From: Ignavibacteriales bacterium
Lineage (GTDB): Bacteria > Bacteroidota > Ignavibacteria > UBA10030
Reading direction: 5' to 3'
Length of the DNA stretch: 64,000 nucleotides
Assembly: GCA_026390595.1 (NCBI GenBank)
Contig: JAPLFQ010000032.1
Coordinates: forward strand, 28,215-92,214
The notes beneath the pieces are model-generated. The model searched no databases and was not told where the DNA came from. It saw only the letters and a program-made list of their open reading frames with translations. Within the stretch, counting starts at the first letter, position 1; each line of letters starts with the position of its first letter. The position numbers and the translations under genes were made by a program. Shown in pieces: positions 28,698 through 38,675 of this stretch.

Positions 28698-31600
28698 ATG
28701 CACATAGATCTTCTTGCCCAGACGCTCCCCTTTATAAAGAGCCATATTCACCAGAACCCTCTTCCGCTTTCGGAATGGAAACTGAAGGAAGGGGAATTGC
28801 CAAACGGCGGCTCACCGACGCTGAACGACAACACCTGGTGGAAATACACTATTCCTGCCCCGTGGGGTGGATATGACAAGACCGTCTGGTTTCGCCGGAG
28901 GGTTGTGATTCCTGAAGCGTATGCAGGAAAGAGATTAGGTCTCGTCTTCGAAATGTCTGACGCCCTCCTCTACGTAAATGGAAAGGCATTTCAGGGAATC
29001 GACAAGAACCATCAGGAAGTGCTCCTCACAGACAAAGCTCGCACAAATCAGTCTTTTCTGATTGCCCTTGAAGCGTATAGCGGACGAAAGAAAGATCTTA
29101 GCACGTTCAACTCCGCACAGCTCGTTGTTCTCAATCCCGTTGCCAGGGCACTCCATAACGGGCTGACGGCCCTGCATGATCTCGAGAAAATTCTCGGCCC
29201 CACGTCTCACGAAACAAAGGACATCAAGGAACTCATCAGGCAAACCCTGATTTTTCTCAAATACTTCAAACCTGACGGTGAAGAATATCCAAACGCGATC
29301 GGGAGAGCATACAATTTTCTTACCCGGACACTTGAGGCGGATTACAAGACCACAATTCCCGGGCTTATCCATCTCGTCGCTCAATCTCACATCGACGTGG
29401 TCTGGCTGTGGCGGCTCCAGGAAACAAAAAAGAAATGCGCCCGGACATTTTCAACTGCCCTGAGGCTCATGGAGCAGTATCCGGAATTCACCTTCAGCCA
29501 GAGTCAGGCATTTCTGTATCATCTCACCAAGGAACACTACCCCGACGTTTTCAAGGAAATCAAGCAGCGAATCGCCGAAGGCCGATGGCAGGCAATTGGC
29601 TCCATGTGGGTTGAACCAGACTGCAATATCCCGAACGGCGAAGCACTTGTCCGTCAAGTGCTGCATGGCAAGCGGTTCTTCAGGAATGAATTCGGCGTTG
29701 ATTCCGACATTCTGTGGCTCCCCGACACATTCGGCTACAGCTGGGCGCTGCCACAGATCATGAAGAAATCGGGGATCAGGTATTTCTTCACGACGAAACT
29801 CACCTGGAACGATACAAATCCATTTCCCCACAATACGTTCTGGTGGCGGGGAATCGATGGTTCGAAAGTCCTGGCGCACATCCCCGCGGTCGGTCTGGAA
29901 GGATCCGTGACACCGAAAGATCTCAAGAAAAGCTGGGAGAGCTACCAGGAGAAGGAAACAAGTCCGCACACAATCCAGACTTTTGGCTATGGCGATGGGG
30001 GTGGAGGACCGACGGCGGACCAGCTCGACACAACACGGGTCGTCAAGTCCGTTGTTGGACTTCCCGGCTCAGCACTCTCGACGACGGGGCAATTCTTCAA
30101 GACCGTTGAAGAACACGCGAAGGAATTCGAGACCTGGAATGACGAACTGTACCTCGAGAAGCATCGTGGCACGTTCACGACACACGGCTGGGTGAAGCGC
30201 GAGAATCGCCAATCAGAAGCTCTGCTGTATGCAACGGAGCTGCTCGCCGTGGTCGGCATGCTGGTCGGCAATAAAGGCGCCTCGAGAAGATATCCTCAGC
30301 AACAGATTGAGCGTGCCTGGAAGAAACTCCTCGTCAATCAGTTCCATGATATTGTCCCGGGTACATCTATTGCGGAAGCGTACGAGGATGTTCGGAAAGA
30401 CTTTGCCGCTCTCCGCTCTTCGTGCCAGACGATTCAGGCTCATGCCCTCTCGGGACTGATCACAAAAGAAGGAAAGAAGAAACCGCAGACGGACTTCCGT
30501 TTCGCCGCGTTCAATCCCCTTGGTTGGCAGCGCAACGAGTACATCATTCTGGAGTTGAATTCACAGGCGAAATCGTTCGTCGTTACGGACGGGAATGGCA
30601 ATGCGGTGGAGAACCAAGTCCTCGGCCGGCGCAAGGGAATCGTTCAAGTCCTTTGCTATGCTGAAAACATCCCTCCCCTGTCGTTTGGGCAACTCATCGT
30701 CACACCATCAGACGCGAAGCCCGCTCCTCCAAGCCCCTGGAAGATGACGAATCGTCTCGTGGAGACGCCAAGGTACCGCGTTCGGTTCGATTCACGCGGC
30801 GGGATTTCTTCGCTTCACGACAAGACGCTTAGACGCGAGCTTGTTGCGAAAGGCGCCCGTATCAATCACTTTCAGGCATACAAGGATATCCCGAAACAAT
30901 GGGAAGCCTGGGACATAGAAGCAGATTATATGAGCAGGCCCGTTGACCTTTTCAAGCTCGAGCGCCTTCGCACAGTTGAAGATGGACCCCTGCGCGCAAC
31001 GGTCAGACTGGAACTGAAATCAGATACTGGATCACGCCTCACACAGGATATCCATTTCTATCACAAATCTCCCAGGATTGATTTCGAAACATCCGTGTCC
31101 TGGAAGGAGCGGCAAACACTCCTGAAGGCCGCTTTCCCGCTCAACGTGAAGACGCACGCCGCAACATACGAAATTCAATTCGGCGCCCTGCAGCGATCTA
31201 CCAAGAGCGGCGACGCCCGTCAAAAGGCGAAGTTCGAGGTTCCCGCGCAGCAATGGGTTGATCTCTCGGAACAGAAGTTCGGCGTGAGCCTTCTGAACGA
31301 CTGCAAGTACGGCTATGACGCTTCCGGCACCACGATCCGCCTCACGCTGCTGCGCTCTCCACATCACCCACACCCCCTCGACCCGTCGCGGCTCAACGAC
31401 GACCGACTGACGGATCAGGGCGATCATGTCTTCACGTACGCTCTCTATCCTCATTCGAAAGACTGGCGGGGCGGAGAGACCATTCAGCGCGCCCGGGAGT
31501 TGAATCACCCATGCATCGTAACACCCGGAACAGCTGGTTCTCTGCCATGGTTGTTCTCGGTCTCAAGCCCGGGGATTGTGATCGACAGCATCAAGAAGGC

Positions 31601-31817
31601 GGAGGATTCAGACGATGTGATCGTTCGTCTCCACGAAGCGTACGGCCAATCGGTCAAGACGACGCTCACCTTCGGCGTACGAGCAGATGCCGCTACCGAA
31701 TGCGACCTGCTGGAACAAGAAGTGGCAACTCTGAAGATCGCCAAGATGAAGCTGTCGCTGAAATTCTCCCCCTTCGAGATCAAGACATTGAAGGTGAAGT
31801 TCAGGACGAAACGATAG
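28698..31817 (+). CDS. GH38 alpha-mannosidase of the cytosolic MAN2C1/Ams1 type
   Basis: LVAQSHIDVVWLWRLQETKKKCARTF closely resembles the eukaryotic/cytosolic GH38 HCHIDTAWLW…ETVRKCARSW motif. Downstream GH38 central and C-terminal domains are present. The start is uncertain: the frame stays open back to 28239, and ATG 28698 follows AGGA. Confidence 0.8.
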   Translation: MHIDLLAQTLPFIKSHIHQNPLPLSEWKLKEGELPNGGSPTLNDNTWWKYTIPAPWGGYDKTVWFRRRVVIPEAYAGKRLGLVFEMSDALLYVNGKAFQGIDKNHQEVLLTDKARTNQSFLIALEAYSGRKKDLSTFNSAQLVVLNPVARALHNGLTALHDLEKILGPTSHETKDIKELIRQTLIFLKYFKPDGEEYPNAIGRAYNFLTRTLEADYKTTIPGLIHLVAQSHIDVVWLWRLQETKKKCARTFSTALRLMEQYPEFTFSQSQAFLYHLTKEHYPDVFKEIKQRIAEGRWQAIGSMWVEPDCNIPNGEALVRQVLHGKRFFRNEFGVDSDILWLPDTFGYSWALPQIMKKSGIRYFFTTKLTWNDTNPFPHNTFWWRGIDGSKVLAHIPAVGLEGSVTPKDLKKSWESYQEKETSPHTIQTFGYGDGGGGPTADQLDTTRVVKSVVGLPGSALSTTGQFFKTVEEHAKEFETWNDELYLEKHRGTFTTHGWVKRENRQSEALLYATELLAVVGMLVGNKGASRRYPQQQIERAWKKLLVNQFHDIVPGTSIAEAYEDVRKDFAALRSSCQTIQAHALSGLITKEGKKKPQTDFRFAAFNPLGWQRNEYIILELNSQAKSFVVTDGNGNAVENQVLGRRKGIVQVLCYAENIPPLSFGQLIVTPSDAKPAPPSPWKMTNRLVETPRYRVRFDSRGGISSLHDKTLRRELVAKGARINHFQAYKDIPKQWEAWDIEADYMSRPVDLFKLERLRTVEDGPLRATVRLELKSDTGSRLTQDIHFYHKSPRIDFETSVSWKERQTLLKAAFPLNVKTHAATYEIQFGALQRSTKSGDARQKAKFEVPAQQWVDLSEQKFGVSLLNDCKYGYDASGTTIRLTLLRSPHHPHPLDPSRLNDDRLTDQGDHVFTYALYPHSKDWRGGETIQRARELNHPCIVTPGTAGSLPWLFSVSSPGIVIDSIKKAEDSDDVIVRLHEAYGQSVKTTLTFGVRADAATECDLLEQEVATLKIAKMKLSLKFSPFEIKTLKVKFRTKR

Positions 31818-31981
31818 TTCTCGGGTCGTACAAGCCGGACTATTTGGACAGGCGCGGGCCGTCAGATCCCGGAGCTGTGGCGCCATCAGCTTCCCTCTTC
31901 CCTGAACATTCATCCGCTTCCGCAGTACCGCACTTCCGAGTACCGAGACAGAAAACACCGGCCTCTTTTTCAAATGCCCAT

Positions 31982-33274
31982 ATGAAAACACGCAAGAGCG
32001 GTATCTGGAACACTCTGTTTGGAATCCTGCTTACTGTCTCTCTCGCTTTCTCACCCGGAGCGTTTACTGGCATTGCTCAGTTGCCAGAATACCTGGAGGT
32101 TCAGGTCGGGGCTGACAGACTCCTGTCCGAATACAGCCACCTGATCAACGGGAAGAGGCTGGCCCTCGTCTCCAACCACAGCGGGCGACTCTCGGATGGC
32201 ACACATCTCGCCGACGCGCTCTTCAGATACAAAAACACCAGGCTGATGGTTCTCTTCGGCATGGAGTTCAATATCAGGACGAACGACTATTCACTTCCAC
32301 GCGACAAAGAACAAGATGTAGACAAAGAGACCGGCCTCGTGAAGTATTCGCTCTATGGCGACGTCCACAAGCCCACTGCCGATATGCTGCGCGACGTCGA
32401 TGTCATCGTGTTCGACATTCAGGAGGTCGGCACGCGGTTCTACGAGCATGTCAATGTTCTCGGATTCGTAATGGAGGCAGCGGCGGAGAATAACAAAGAG
32501 GTCATTGTGCTCGACCGCCCCAATCCGCTCACCGGACTGCAACCGGACGGTTTCCTCCCTGATGACGAGTTCCTCTACCGCTTCGGGTCTTTTGGCAAGA
32601 TACCAGTGCTTCACGGGATGACTATGGGAGAACTTGCCCGGATGTACAACGATGAGACCATGCTGCGCGGAGGACGCCGGGGGAAGCTTCACGTTGTTGA
32701 GATGAAGGGATGGAACCGACGGATGTGGTTTGACGATACAGGATTGCCATGGAGAAAGCCGTCACCGAATCTCATCACGCTCAGCTCGGTTATCGCATAC
32801 ACGGGGACATGCCTGTTCGAAGGTATCAACATATCGGAGGGACGCGGGACGGACAGACCTTTTGAATATGTCGGCGCTCCATGGATCGATCACCTCAAAG
32901 CCGCAGAATTGCTCAATGATCTTCATCTCGATGGAGTCGTGTTCGAACCGGTGGAATTCACTCCCGAGAAGAAGCCTCATCTGAGCCGCGAGCCTGAACT
33001 GAGCGGGCAGCCATGCAAAGGGATTTTCGTCCACGTGACCGATCGGAACAAGGTGAGACCTTACAGGGCCGGCATTGCGCTGGTTTGGGCATTCCATACA
33101 CTGCATGCTGACAAAATGGCGTGGGACGAAAACGTAATCGAAAGGCTGACCGGAACGAAGAGATTTCTGAAGATGATTCGAGCCGGAGCTCGGCCCCGGG
33201 AAATCTACTCTTCATGGGGGGATGAGCTAACCCGGTTCGCAGAACGAAGCAGCAAGTATCTGCTCTACCGGTGA
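31982..33274 (+). CDS. DUF1343 family protein (NamZ-like exo-beta-N-acetylmuramidase family), secreted
   Basis: Signal peptide MKTRKSGIWNTLFGILLTVSLAFSPGAF. The DUF1343 core includes DVIVFDIQEVGTRFYEHVNVLGFVMEAAAENN. The track ORF start 31511 is an out-of-context extension overlapping the GH38 gene. Confidence 0.75.
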   Translation: MKTRKSGIWNTLFGILLTVSLAFSPGAFTGIAQLPEYLEVQVGADRLLSEYSHLINGKRLALVSNHSGRLSDGTHLADALFRYKNTRLMVLFGMEFNIRTNDYSLPRDKEQDVDKETGLVKYSLYGDVHKPTADMLRDVDVIVFDIQEVGTRFYEHVNVLGFVMEAAAENNKEVIVLDRPNPLTGLQPDGFLPDDEFLYRFGSFGKIPVLHGMTMGELARMYNDETMLRGGRRGKLHVVEMKGWNRRMWFDDTGLPWRKPSPNLITLSSVIAYTGTCLFEGINISEGRGTDRPFEYVGAPWIDHLKAAELLNDLHLDGVVFEPVEFTPEKKPHLSREPELSGQPCKGIFVHVTDRNKVRPYRAGIALVWAFHTLHADKMAWDENVIERLTGTKRFLKMIRAGARPREIYSSWGDELTRFAERSSKYLLYR

Positions 33275-33295
33275 GCAGAACACATCAGTATGCAT

Positions 33296-33331
33296 CAAAA
33301 ACAAACGGGCGAGTAATCCTCGCCCGTTTTT
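33296..33331. terminator. Bidirectional rho-independent terminator between convergent DUF1343 and nagB genes
   Basis: AAAAACAAACGGGCGAG-taatc-CTCGCCCGTTTTT: a 9-bp GC-rich stem flanked by an A-tract and a T-tract. Confidence 0.75.
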
Positions 33332-33354
33332 CATTCCATCTGCTTCAGCCCCGC

Positions 33355-34167
33355 TTAACGAAGCAGAGTCCCAGGATCGAGATTCGGCGACTCGATATCC
33401 TTGAAATACTTCACCGTCCCAACCTTCAGCTCCAGCGTTGCCTCGTCGTCGGTGACGATGATGCCGTGCGGATGAAGCTGGAGGGCGCTCACCGTCCACA
33501 TGTGATTCACGCCGCCTTCGACAACGTTCGCCAGCGCACGCGCCTTCTTGTAGCCATTGATAATGATCAGCACTTCTTTCGCATCGAGGACTGTTGCCAC
33601 GCCGACGGTCAATGCAGTCTTCGGCACCTTCGCCGTGTCGTTGTCAAAGAATCGGGCGTTGGCAATAATCGTGTCCAGCGTCAGGGTCTTCACTCGTGTC
33701 CTTGAAGAAAGCGATGATCCCGGCTCATTGAATGCGATGTGGCCATCGGGCCCGATGCCGCCGAGGAACAGGTGGATGCCGCCGATCTTCTTGATCCGGG
33801 CCTCGTAGTCGGTGCATTCCTTCTCAAGGTCCTTCGCGTTCCCGTTCAGGATGTTGACGTTTTCCTTCTTGATATCGATATGCTTGAAGAAGTTGTTCCA
33901 CATGAATGAGTGGTAGCTCTCAGGATGATCTTCGGCGAGGTTGATATACTCGTCCATATTGAACGATACGACGTTTTGGAACGACACCTTGCCAGCCTTG
34001 TGCATTGCCACCAGTTCCTTGTAGGTTCCAAGGGGCGATGATCCGGTGGGAAGTCCAAGCACAAACGGCCTATCCGGCGCCGGGTTGAAATCGCGGATCT
34101 TGCGGACCACGTACGATGCAACCCATTTACTGACCAGATCATAATCAGATTGTATGATGACTCTCAT
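33355..34167 (-). CDS. nagB: Glucosamine-6-phosphate deaminase (copy 1)
   Basis: 270 aa with NagB motifs ([15 protein letters not shown], …[23 protein letters not shown]…). ~65% identical to the copy at 37851..38657. Confidence 0.9.
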   Translation of the reverse strand: MRVIIQSDYDLVSKWVASYVVRKIRDFNPAPDRPFVLGLPTGSSPLGTYKELVAMHKAGKVSFQNVVSFNMDEYINLAEDHPESYHSFMWNNFFKHIDIKKENVNILNGNAKDLEKECTDYEARIKKIGGIHLFLGGIGPDGHIAFNEPGSSLSSRTRVKTLTLDTIIANARFFDNDTAKVPKTALTVGVATVLDAKEVLIIINGYKKARALANVVEGGVNHMWTVSALQLHPHGIIVTDDEATLELKVGTVKYFKDIESPNLDPGTLLR

Positions 34168-34185
34168 GCGAGTTACCTGCCTTCC

Positions 34186-35568
34186 TTAGTTCTTTTTGTA
34201 TTTGTTGAAGTAATCCGGCAAGTGAAGCTTTACTTGTTCTTCCAGTTCCTGATCTGTGATGGACGACATCCTTCCATCCTTCTCGTACTGGTCCATCACC
34301 CATCGGAAAATCTTCGCCACCTTCATCACAGTCAATCGTTCTTCGCCTTTGAGCCCGAGGAATTCGTTCACCCAGAGGGCGACACCATCGGATCCCGATT
34401 TGTCCGTAATGGAAACGCGTGGCGGACGGTTCAGAAGCGCCGTCGTGTCGAAAATATTGTAGATCTGCTCAAACTTCCTGAGACCGCCGGCGTGGATGCC
34501 GGCCCGCGTTGTGTTGAAATCTCTTCCCACGAACGGATAATTCGTCGTGAGCTGCGTACCGATGACCTTCTCGTAGTATTGCGCCAGTTCCGTAATTACC
34601 TGGAGATTCACGCCGTTGAGTCCGCCTTTGAGTGCGACGTACTCGATGACCGCTCCTTCGAGCGGCGGATTTCCCGTCCGCTCCCCAAAGCCGAACAGCG
34701 TGGAGTTCAGTGCATTCAATCCATAAATCCATGCGCTCGCGCCGTTGGTGTGAACCTTGTGAAAATCATTGTGACCGTGCCACTCGAGCCGGTCTGCCGA
34801 GACTCCGATTTCGTTTCTTAACCGCCATATCATCTTCGGGATCGACCGCGGTTCGGCTGCGTTCGGATACGAAATACCGAACCCCATCGTGTCGCACAGA
34901 CGGATTTTTACTTTCATATGGTCGGGGACCTGCTCGCTGAGACGCTCGAGTCTCTGTACGAACGGGTAGACAAACCCTGCAAGATCTGCGCGTGTTACAT
35001 CTTCCAGATGGCAGCGCGGCCGGACGCCAGCCTCAAATGCGGCTTCGACGACCTCTACATACTGATCCATCGCCTGTTTGCGCGTCTGATTCTGCTTGTG
35101 AAAAATATGGTAGTCCGACGATGACGTGAGCATGCCGGTTTCTTTCAACCCCATTTCCTTCACAAGGCGGAAATCCCCCTTGTTCGCCCTAATCCATCCG
35201 GTGATTTCGGGATAACGGAGATTGAGTGCACGACAGGCATCGATCGTGGCGCGGTCATTTTTCGTGTACAGGAAAAACTCCGATTGGCGGATAACGCCGT
35301 TCGGACCACCGAGTCGTGACATCATCTCAAAGAGAGCGACCATCTGCTCCAGCGTATACGGCGGGCGCGCTTGCTGCCCATCGCGAAACGTCGTGTCGGT
35401 GATGTGAATATCGCGCGTCTTCACCTCGTGAGGATCGAACTCGACAATCTTCCCGTCGATCAGTTCGTGGATCTTCCCCTCGAAATTGATGAGCGGGGGA
35501 AGCGTGTAGGGAAATGACTCCTCAAGAAGATTGGGGGATGACACGTCCTTCAGCTCGTAGGTCTTCAT
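34186..35568 (-). CDS. DRE-TIM metallolyase (LeuA / homocitrate-synthase / citramalate-synthase-like) family enzyme
   Basis: N-terminal ITDTTFRDGQQA (DTTxRDGxQ motif) and HGHNDF (HxH metal motif) match the 2-isopropylmalate/homocitrate synthase catalytic domain. The substrate is unknown. Confidence 0.7.
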   Translation of the reverse strand: MKTYELKDVSSPNLLEESFPYTLPPLINFEGKIHELIDGKIVEFDPHEVKTRDIHITDTTFRDGQQARPPYTLEQMVALFEMMSRLGGPNGVIRQSEFFLYTKNDRATIDACRALNLRYPEITGWIRANKGDFRLVKEMGLKETGMLTSSSDYHIFHKQNQTRKQAMDQYVEVVEAAFEAGVRPRCHLEDVTRADLAGFVYPFVQRLERLSEQVPDHMKVKIRLCDTMGFGISYPNAAEPRSIPKMIWRLRNEIGVSADRLEWHGHNDFHKVHTNGASAWIYGLNALNSTLFGFGERTGNPPLEGAVIEYVALKGGLNGVNLQVITELAQYYEKVIGTQLTTNYPFVGRDFNTTRAGIHAGGLRKFEQIYNIFDTTALLNRPPRVSITDKSGSDGVALWVNEFLGLKGEERLTVMKVAKIFRWVMDQYEKDGRMSSITDQELEEQVKLHLPDYFNKYKKN

Positions 35569-35663
35569 CGCTACTCCTCCTGTTGTGTAGAGTCATGGCT
35601 TCGCCCGTTCCCCCACCATTCACGCTGCCAACGCATTCACGGTCAGCCGGGGCACAGCGAAAC

Positions 35664-37658
35664 CTAGACAGTGCTTGATGCTATCAAGGCCCTGAATTGC
35701 TCTTTCCGCGTTCGAATCGCCGCTCCCTCTGCGGCAAGCTTCTGCACGACGCCGTTCGTCTCGATCGTGCCCCGAACGGCTTCAAAGTCCTTCTGCATAT
35801 CTTCGCCCGACTGATGAAGCCCGTAGCCGATCTTCGCGAAGGTACCGAATTCCTTCTTAGAATCTTCGATGATGATCCCCTGCAGCGATGTCGCGGCATT
35901 CTCCCAATCGTCCGCGGCCGCGAGCAGCTGATCCTTCGTCACATTCTCGAGCTGAATGCCGTACTCCTTCGCATACGCTTCATACACGTACTGCCATTCG
36001 TCAGTACGATATGCATCGTACATCGCCTGAAATTCCACAAGCAACGCCTCGTACGAGGACACCGCCCCCGCTGCGACACGTGTCTCGAGGGAAACCATTC
36101 GCTCGGACGGCGTCAACAGCCCGCTGATGTCGGTCCATTGGGCGGAGTGTTGGAGAATCGCCGCCGGTTTCAATGATGCCATCGCAGCGGACCAGTTCTT
36201 TTCATTTGTGAGTGCTTGCTGGATTCGCTGCATTACCTTGTCCTGAAGGTAGCGGGTGATCGCAAGAGAGTAGAACTTGGCCCCTTTTTTCAACAGCAAC
36301 CGGCTCAACTGTGCGCCACCGTAGGTCACGTACGATTTCTCCTTCGGAACGCTCACGCTGAGAGCAAGAAGATCGTCCCGTCCGCGTCTCATCTTCTCGA
36401 CGGTGTAGGGAGAAAAGACATCAAAGATAATCAGATCGCGTTTCTTCGGCGCCTTGCGGCCGTCACGTTTCGGCCATTTCTCTCCATCCCGCACGGTTCC
36501 GACCGACACCAGGTTCATGCCGGGAACAACCTTTGAATTTCCATCCTCTTCTGAAATATAAGAGAATGGGAGGTTCGGCAGGTCAAGGTTTGCATAGTGC
36601 TTGCCGATCACGACACTAAACGCCCCGATATGCGCTTCAAGCAGAAGATACGAGAACGAGCCGGTCTTCGATCCACGTTCGAGAATGCCCTGATGGACCG
36701 GGCCGAGCTTGTACATGTGATTGCTCTGGTTTGTCCCGCTCCCTGCATTATAGAAAGAGAACACTCCCGCAATCAGAAGTGTTGACTTATGGTGTGTGAC
36801 GGTATAAGGTCCGCCAAAGAGCGATACGGCCTCGCCGTGAAACGCTTCGCAATTCGCGAAGAACAGAGAATTCTCGGCGGAAAACTGCTTTCCCATCTTG
36901 ACGGCCTGACCGACAAAAACCTTGTCGAGCACCGCACCGCTTTCCACCCGGGCTCCTTCGGACAGGATGAACGATTTCGCCTGTACTCCCTCGCCAATCT
37001 CGGACGGATGTTCCGCACAGCTGTTGATCGTACCATTTTCGAGGAACTGCGTACCATGGACATTTGCTTTGACGCCGAAGTTCACGTTGTGAATCGTCCC
37101 ACAATGCACTATCCTCGCTCCGCTGCTGACGCGTCCCTTCTCTGCCTTGGCCTCCTTCGCTTTCGCTTCGACCAGTTCTTCGAGCTTTTTTGTGAATTCG
37201 GTGTTGTGCCGGATCATTCCCTGAACGTAGGCGGTCTGAGATGTGAGATCGTTGAGAATTCGGACGCCCCTCCCTCCCCCTTCATTGATCGTTTCGAGCT
37301 CGATCCCGTTGCCGAACGATGCCCCTGCATCAGCGACCAGAGCCGCGACATCTTGAATGAGGACGTCATTCTCTATAACGTAGTTCGCTACAACGGATCC
37401 GATATTCGCGATCCGCACATTGTCTCCGATGTCGCATCCGGCGATGGATGCCGAATAGATGCCGTTCGGCATTTCGATTGCGTCAACATTCTGCATGCCG
37501 CTCGTATCGCCGATACGGACGATTCCTGAAAAGTGCGCATTCCGTATTCTCGCCACGTCGCATCCCGGCGAGATAGTGATCTGCCCCCAGTCGGCTGCAG
37601 TGCAACCCTGTTGCACGAGAGTTTTCGTTTGTTCGTTGGTGAGTTGATGATATGTCAT
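35664..37658 (-). CDS. Large left-handed beta-helix (hexapeptide-repeat) protein, DUF4954-like
   Basis: ~660 aa with repeated hexapeptide-like segments (IGDNVRIANIGSVVANYVIENDVLIQDV…). The start is set at the internal Met MTYHQL, 17 codons downstream of the track ORF start (inferred; no RBS checked). I recognise no characterised function. Confidence 0.6.
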   Translation of the reverse strand: MTYHQLTNEQTKTLVQQGCTAADWGQITISPGCDVARIRNAHFSGIVRIGDTSGMQNVDAIEMPNGIYSASIAGCDIGDNVRIANIGSVVANYVIENDVLIQDVAALVADAGASFGNGIELETINEGGGRGVRILNDLTSQTAYVQGMIRHNTEFTKKLEELVEAKAKEAKAEKGRVSSGARIVHCGTIHNVNFGVKANVHGTQFLENGTINSCAEHPSEIGEGVQAKSFILSEGARVESGAVLDKVFVGQAVKMGKQFSAENSLFFANCEAFHGEAVSLFGGPYTVTHHKSTLLIAGVFSFYNAGSGTNQSNHMYKLGPVHQGILERGSKTGSFSYLLLEAHIGAFSVVIGKHYANLDLPNLPFSYISEEDGNSKVVPGMNLVSVGTVRDGEKWPKRDGRKAPKKRDLIIFDVFSPYTVEKMRRGRDDLLALSVSVPKEKSYVTYGGAQLSRLLLKKGAKFYSLAITRYLQDKVMQRIQQALTNEKNWSAAMASLKPAAILQHSAQWTDISGLLTPSERMVSLETRVAAGAVSSYEALLVEFQAMYDAYRTDEWQYVYEAYAKEYGIQLENVTKDQLLAAADDWENAATSLQGIIIEDSKKEFGTFAKIGYGLHQSGEDMQKDFEAVRGTIETNGVVQKLAAEGAAIRTRKEQFRALIASSTV

Positions 37659-37850
37659 AGAAGGACCGCGCGTGGTTTCAGTTTTGAATTCAGGAGAAAC
37701 GCCCAGCACGTTGCAGGAACGAGATCAACGGGAAATCTCTGCCGATGATCTGGCGGACATCACAACGATGGTACAAGATTCTACCAAAACAGCAATTGAA
37801 CTTCAAGAACAATCAGACGATGCGAACAGAAGCGCTCCGGACACCGGTGC

Positions 37851-38657
37851 TCACAACTCGGGCAATCCCATGTTTTCTTTTTCGATGTCCCTGAAGTACT
37901 TCACCGTCCCGACCTTCAGCTCCATTGTCGCCTCATCGTCGCAGACGATCATTGCATGCTCATGCAGCTGGAGCATCGAAACCGTCCACATGTGATTCAC
38001 TTCGTCTTCGAGTATCTTCTGCAAGGCCCGGGACTTGTTGAATCCGCTTATCACCATCACGATTTCCTCGGCGTCCATCATAGTCCCAACCCCCATCGTG
38101 ACCCCGGTCTTCGGTACCTTGTTGATGTCGTTTCCGAACCACCGTGCGTTTGCCGCCCGCGCACCGTGCGTGATAGTCTTGATGCGCGTCCGGGAGGAAA
38201 GCGACGATCCGGGCTCGTTAAAACCAATGTGCCCGTCCGGCCCGATGCTCCCGAGAAACAGGTGGATCCCTCCCGCCTTCTTGATGCTCTCCTCGTAATT
38301 CCTGCACTCAGCGTCAAAATCGGCGACGTTGCCATTCAGGAGCCGCACATTGTCGGGATTGATATCAATGTGGCTGAAGAAGTTGTTCCATAGCACCGAA
38401 TAGTGGCTCTGCGGATGGTCCTCGGGTATGCCCGCATACTCGTTGAGGCCAAATGCAACCACATTCCGGAACGTCACATTCCCATCCTGGTGCAGGCTGA
38501 TCAATTGCTGGTAGGTACCGACGGGAGACATTCCAGCCGGCAAACCAAGGACAAATGGCTTCTCCGCTGTTGGATTGAATTCCTTGATCCTCTTGGCGAT
38601 GTAGTACGCCGTCCACTTGCTCAATGCCTCGTAGCTGTCGTGAATGATGATTCTCAT
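37851..38657 (-). CDS. nagB: Glucosamine-6-phosphate deaminase (copy 2, paralog)
   Basis: 268 aa with the same NagB motifs ([38 protein letters not shown]). Stop is 18 nt from the upstream acyl-CoA synthetase gene. Confidence 0.9.
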   Translation of the reverse strand: MRIIIHDSYEALSKWTAYYIAKRIKEFNPTAEKPFVLGLPAGMSPVGTYQQLISLHQDGNVTFRNVVAFGLNEYAGIPEDHPQSHYSVLWNNFFSHIDINPDNVRLLNGNVADFDAECRNYEESIKKAGGIHLFLGSIGPDGHIGFNEPGSSLSSRTRIKTITHGARAANARWFGNDINKVPKTGVTMGVGTMMDAEEIVMVISGFNKSRALQKILEDEVNHMWTVSMLQLHEHAMIVCDDEATMELKVGTVKYFRDIEKENMGLPEL

Positions 38658-38675
38658 GCGGAGATTCTCCTTTGG

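Noticed and set aside
31511-31981. N-terminal 157 codons of the track ORF 31511..33274
   Set aside because: They overlap the 3' end of the GH38 gene in another frame and lack signal or homology. The real DUF1343 protein starts at the signal peptide Met at 31982.
34150-34821. 223-aa plus-strand ORF
   Set aside because: Antisense shadow spanning the nagB/LeuA-like junction; no homology.
36789-37529. 246-aa plus-strand ORF
   Set aside because: Shadow ORF antisense to the DUF4954-like beta-helix gene; no motifs.
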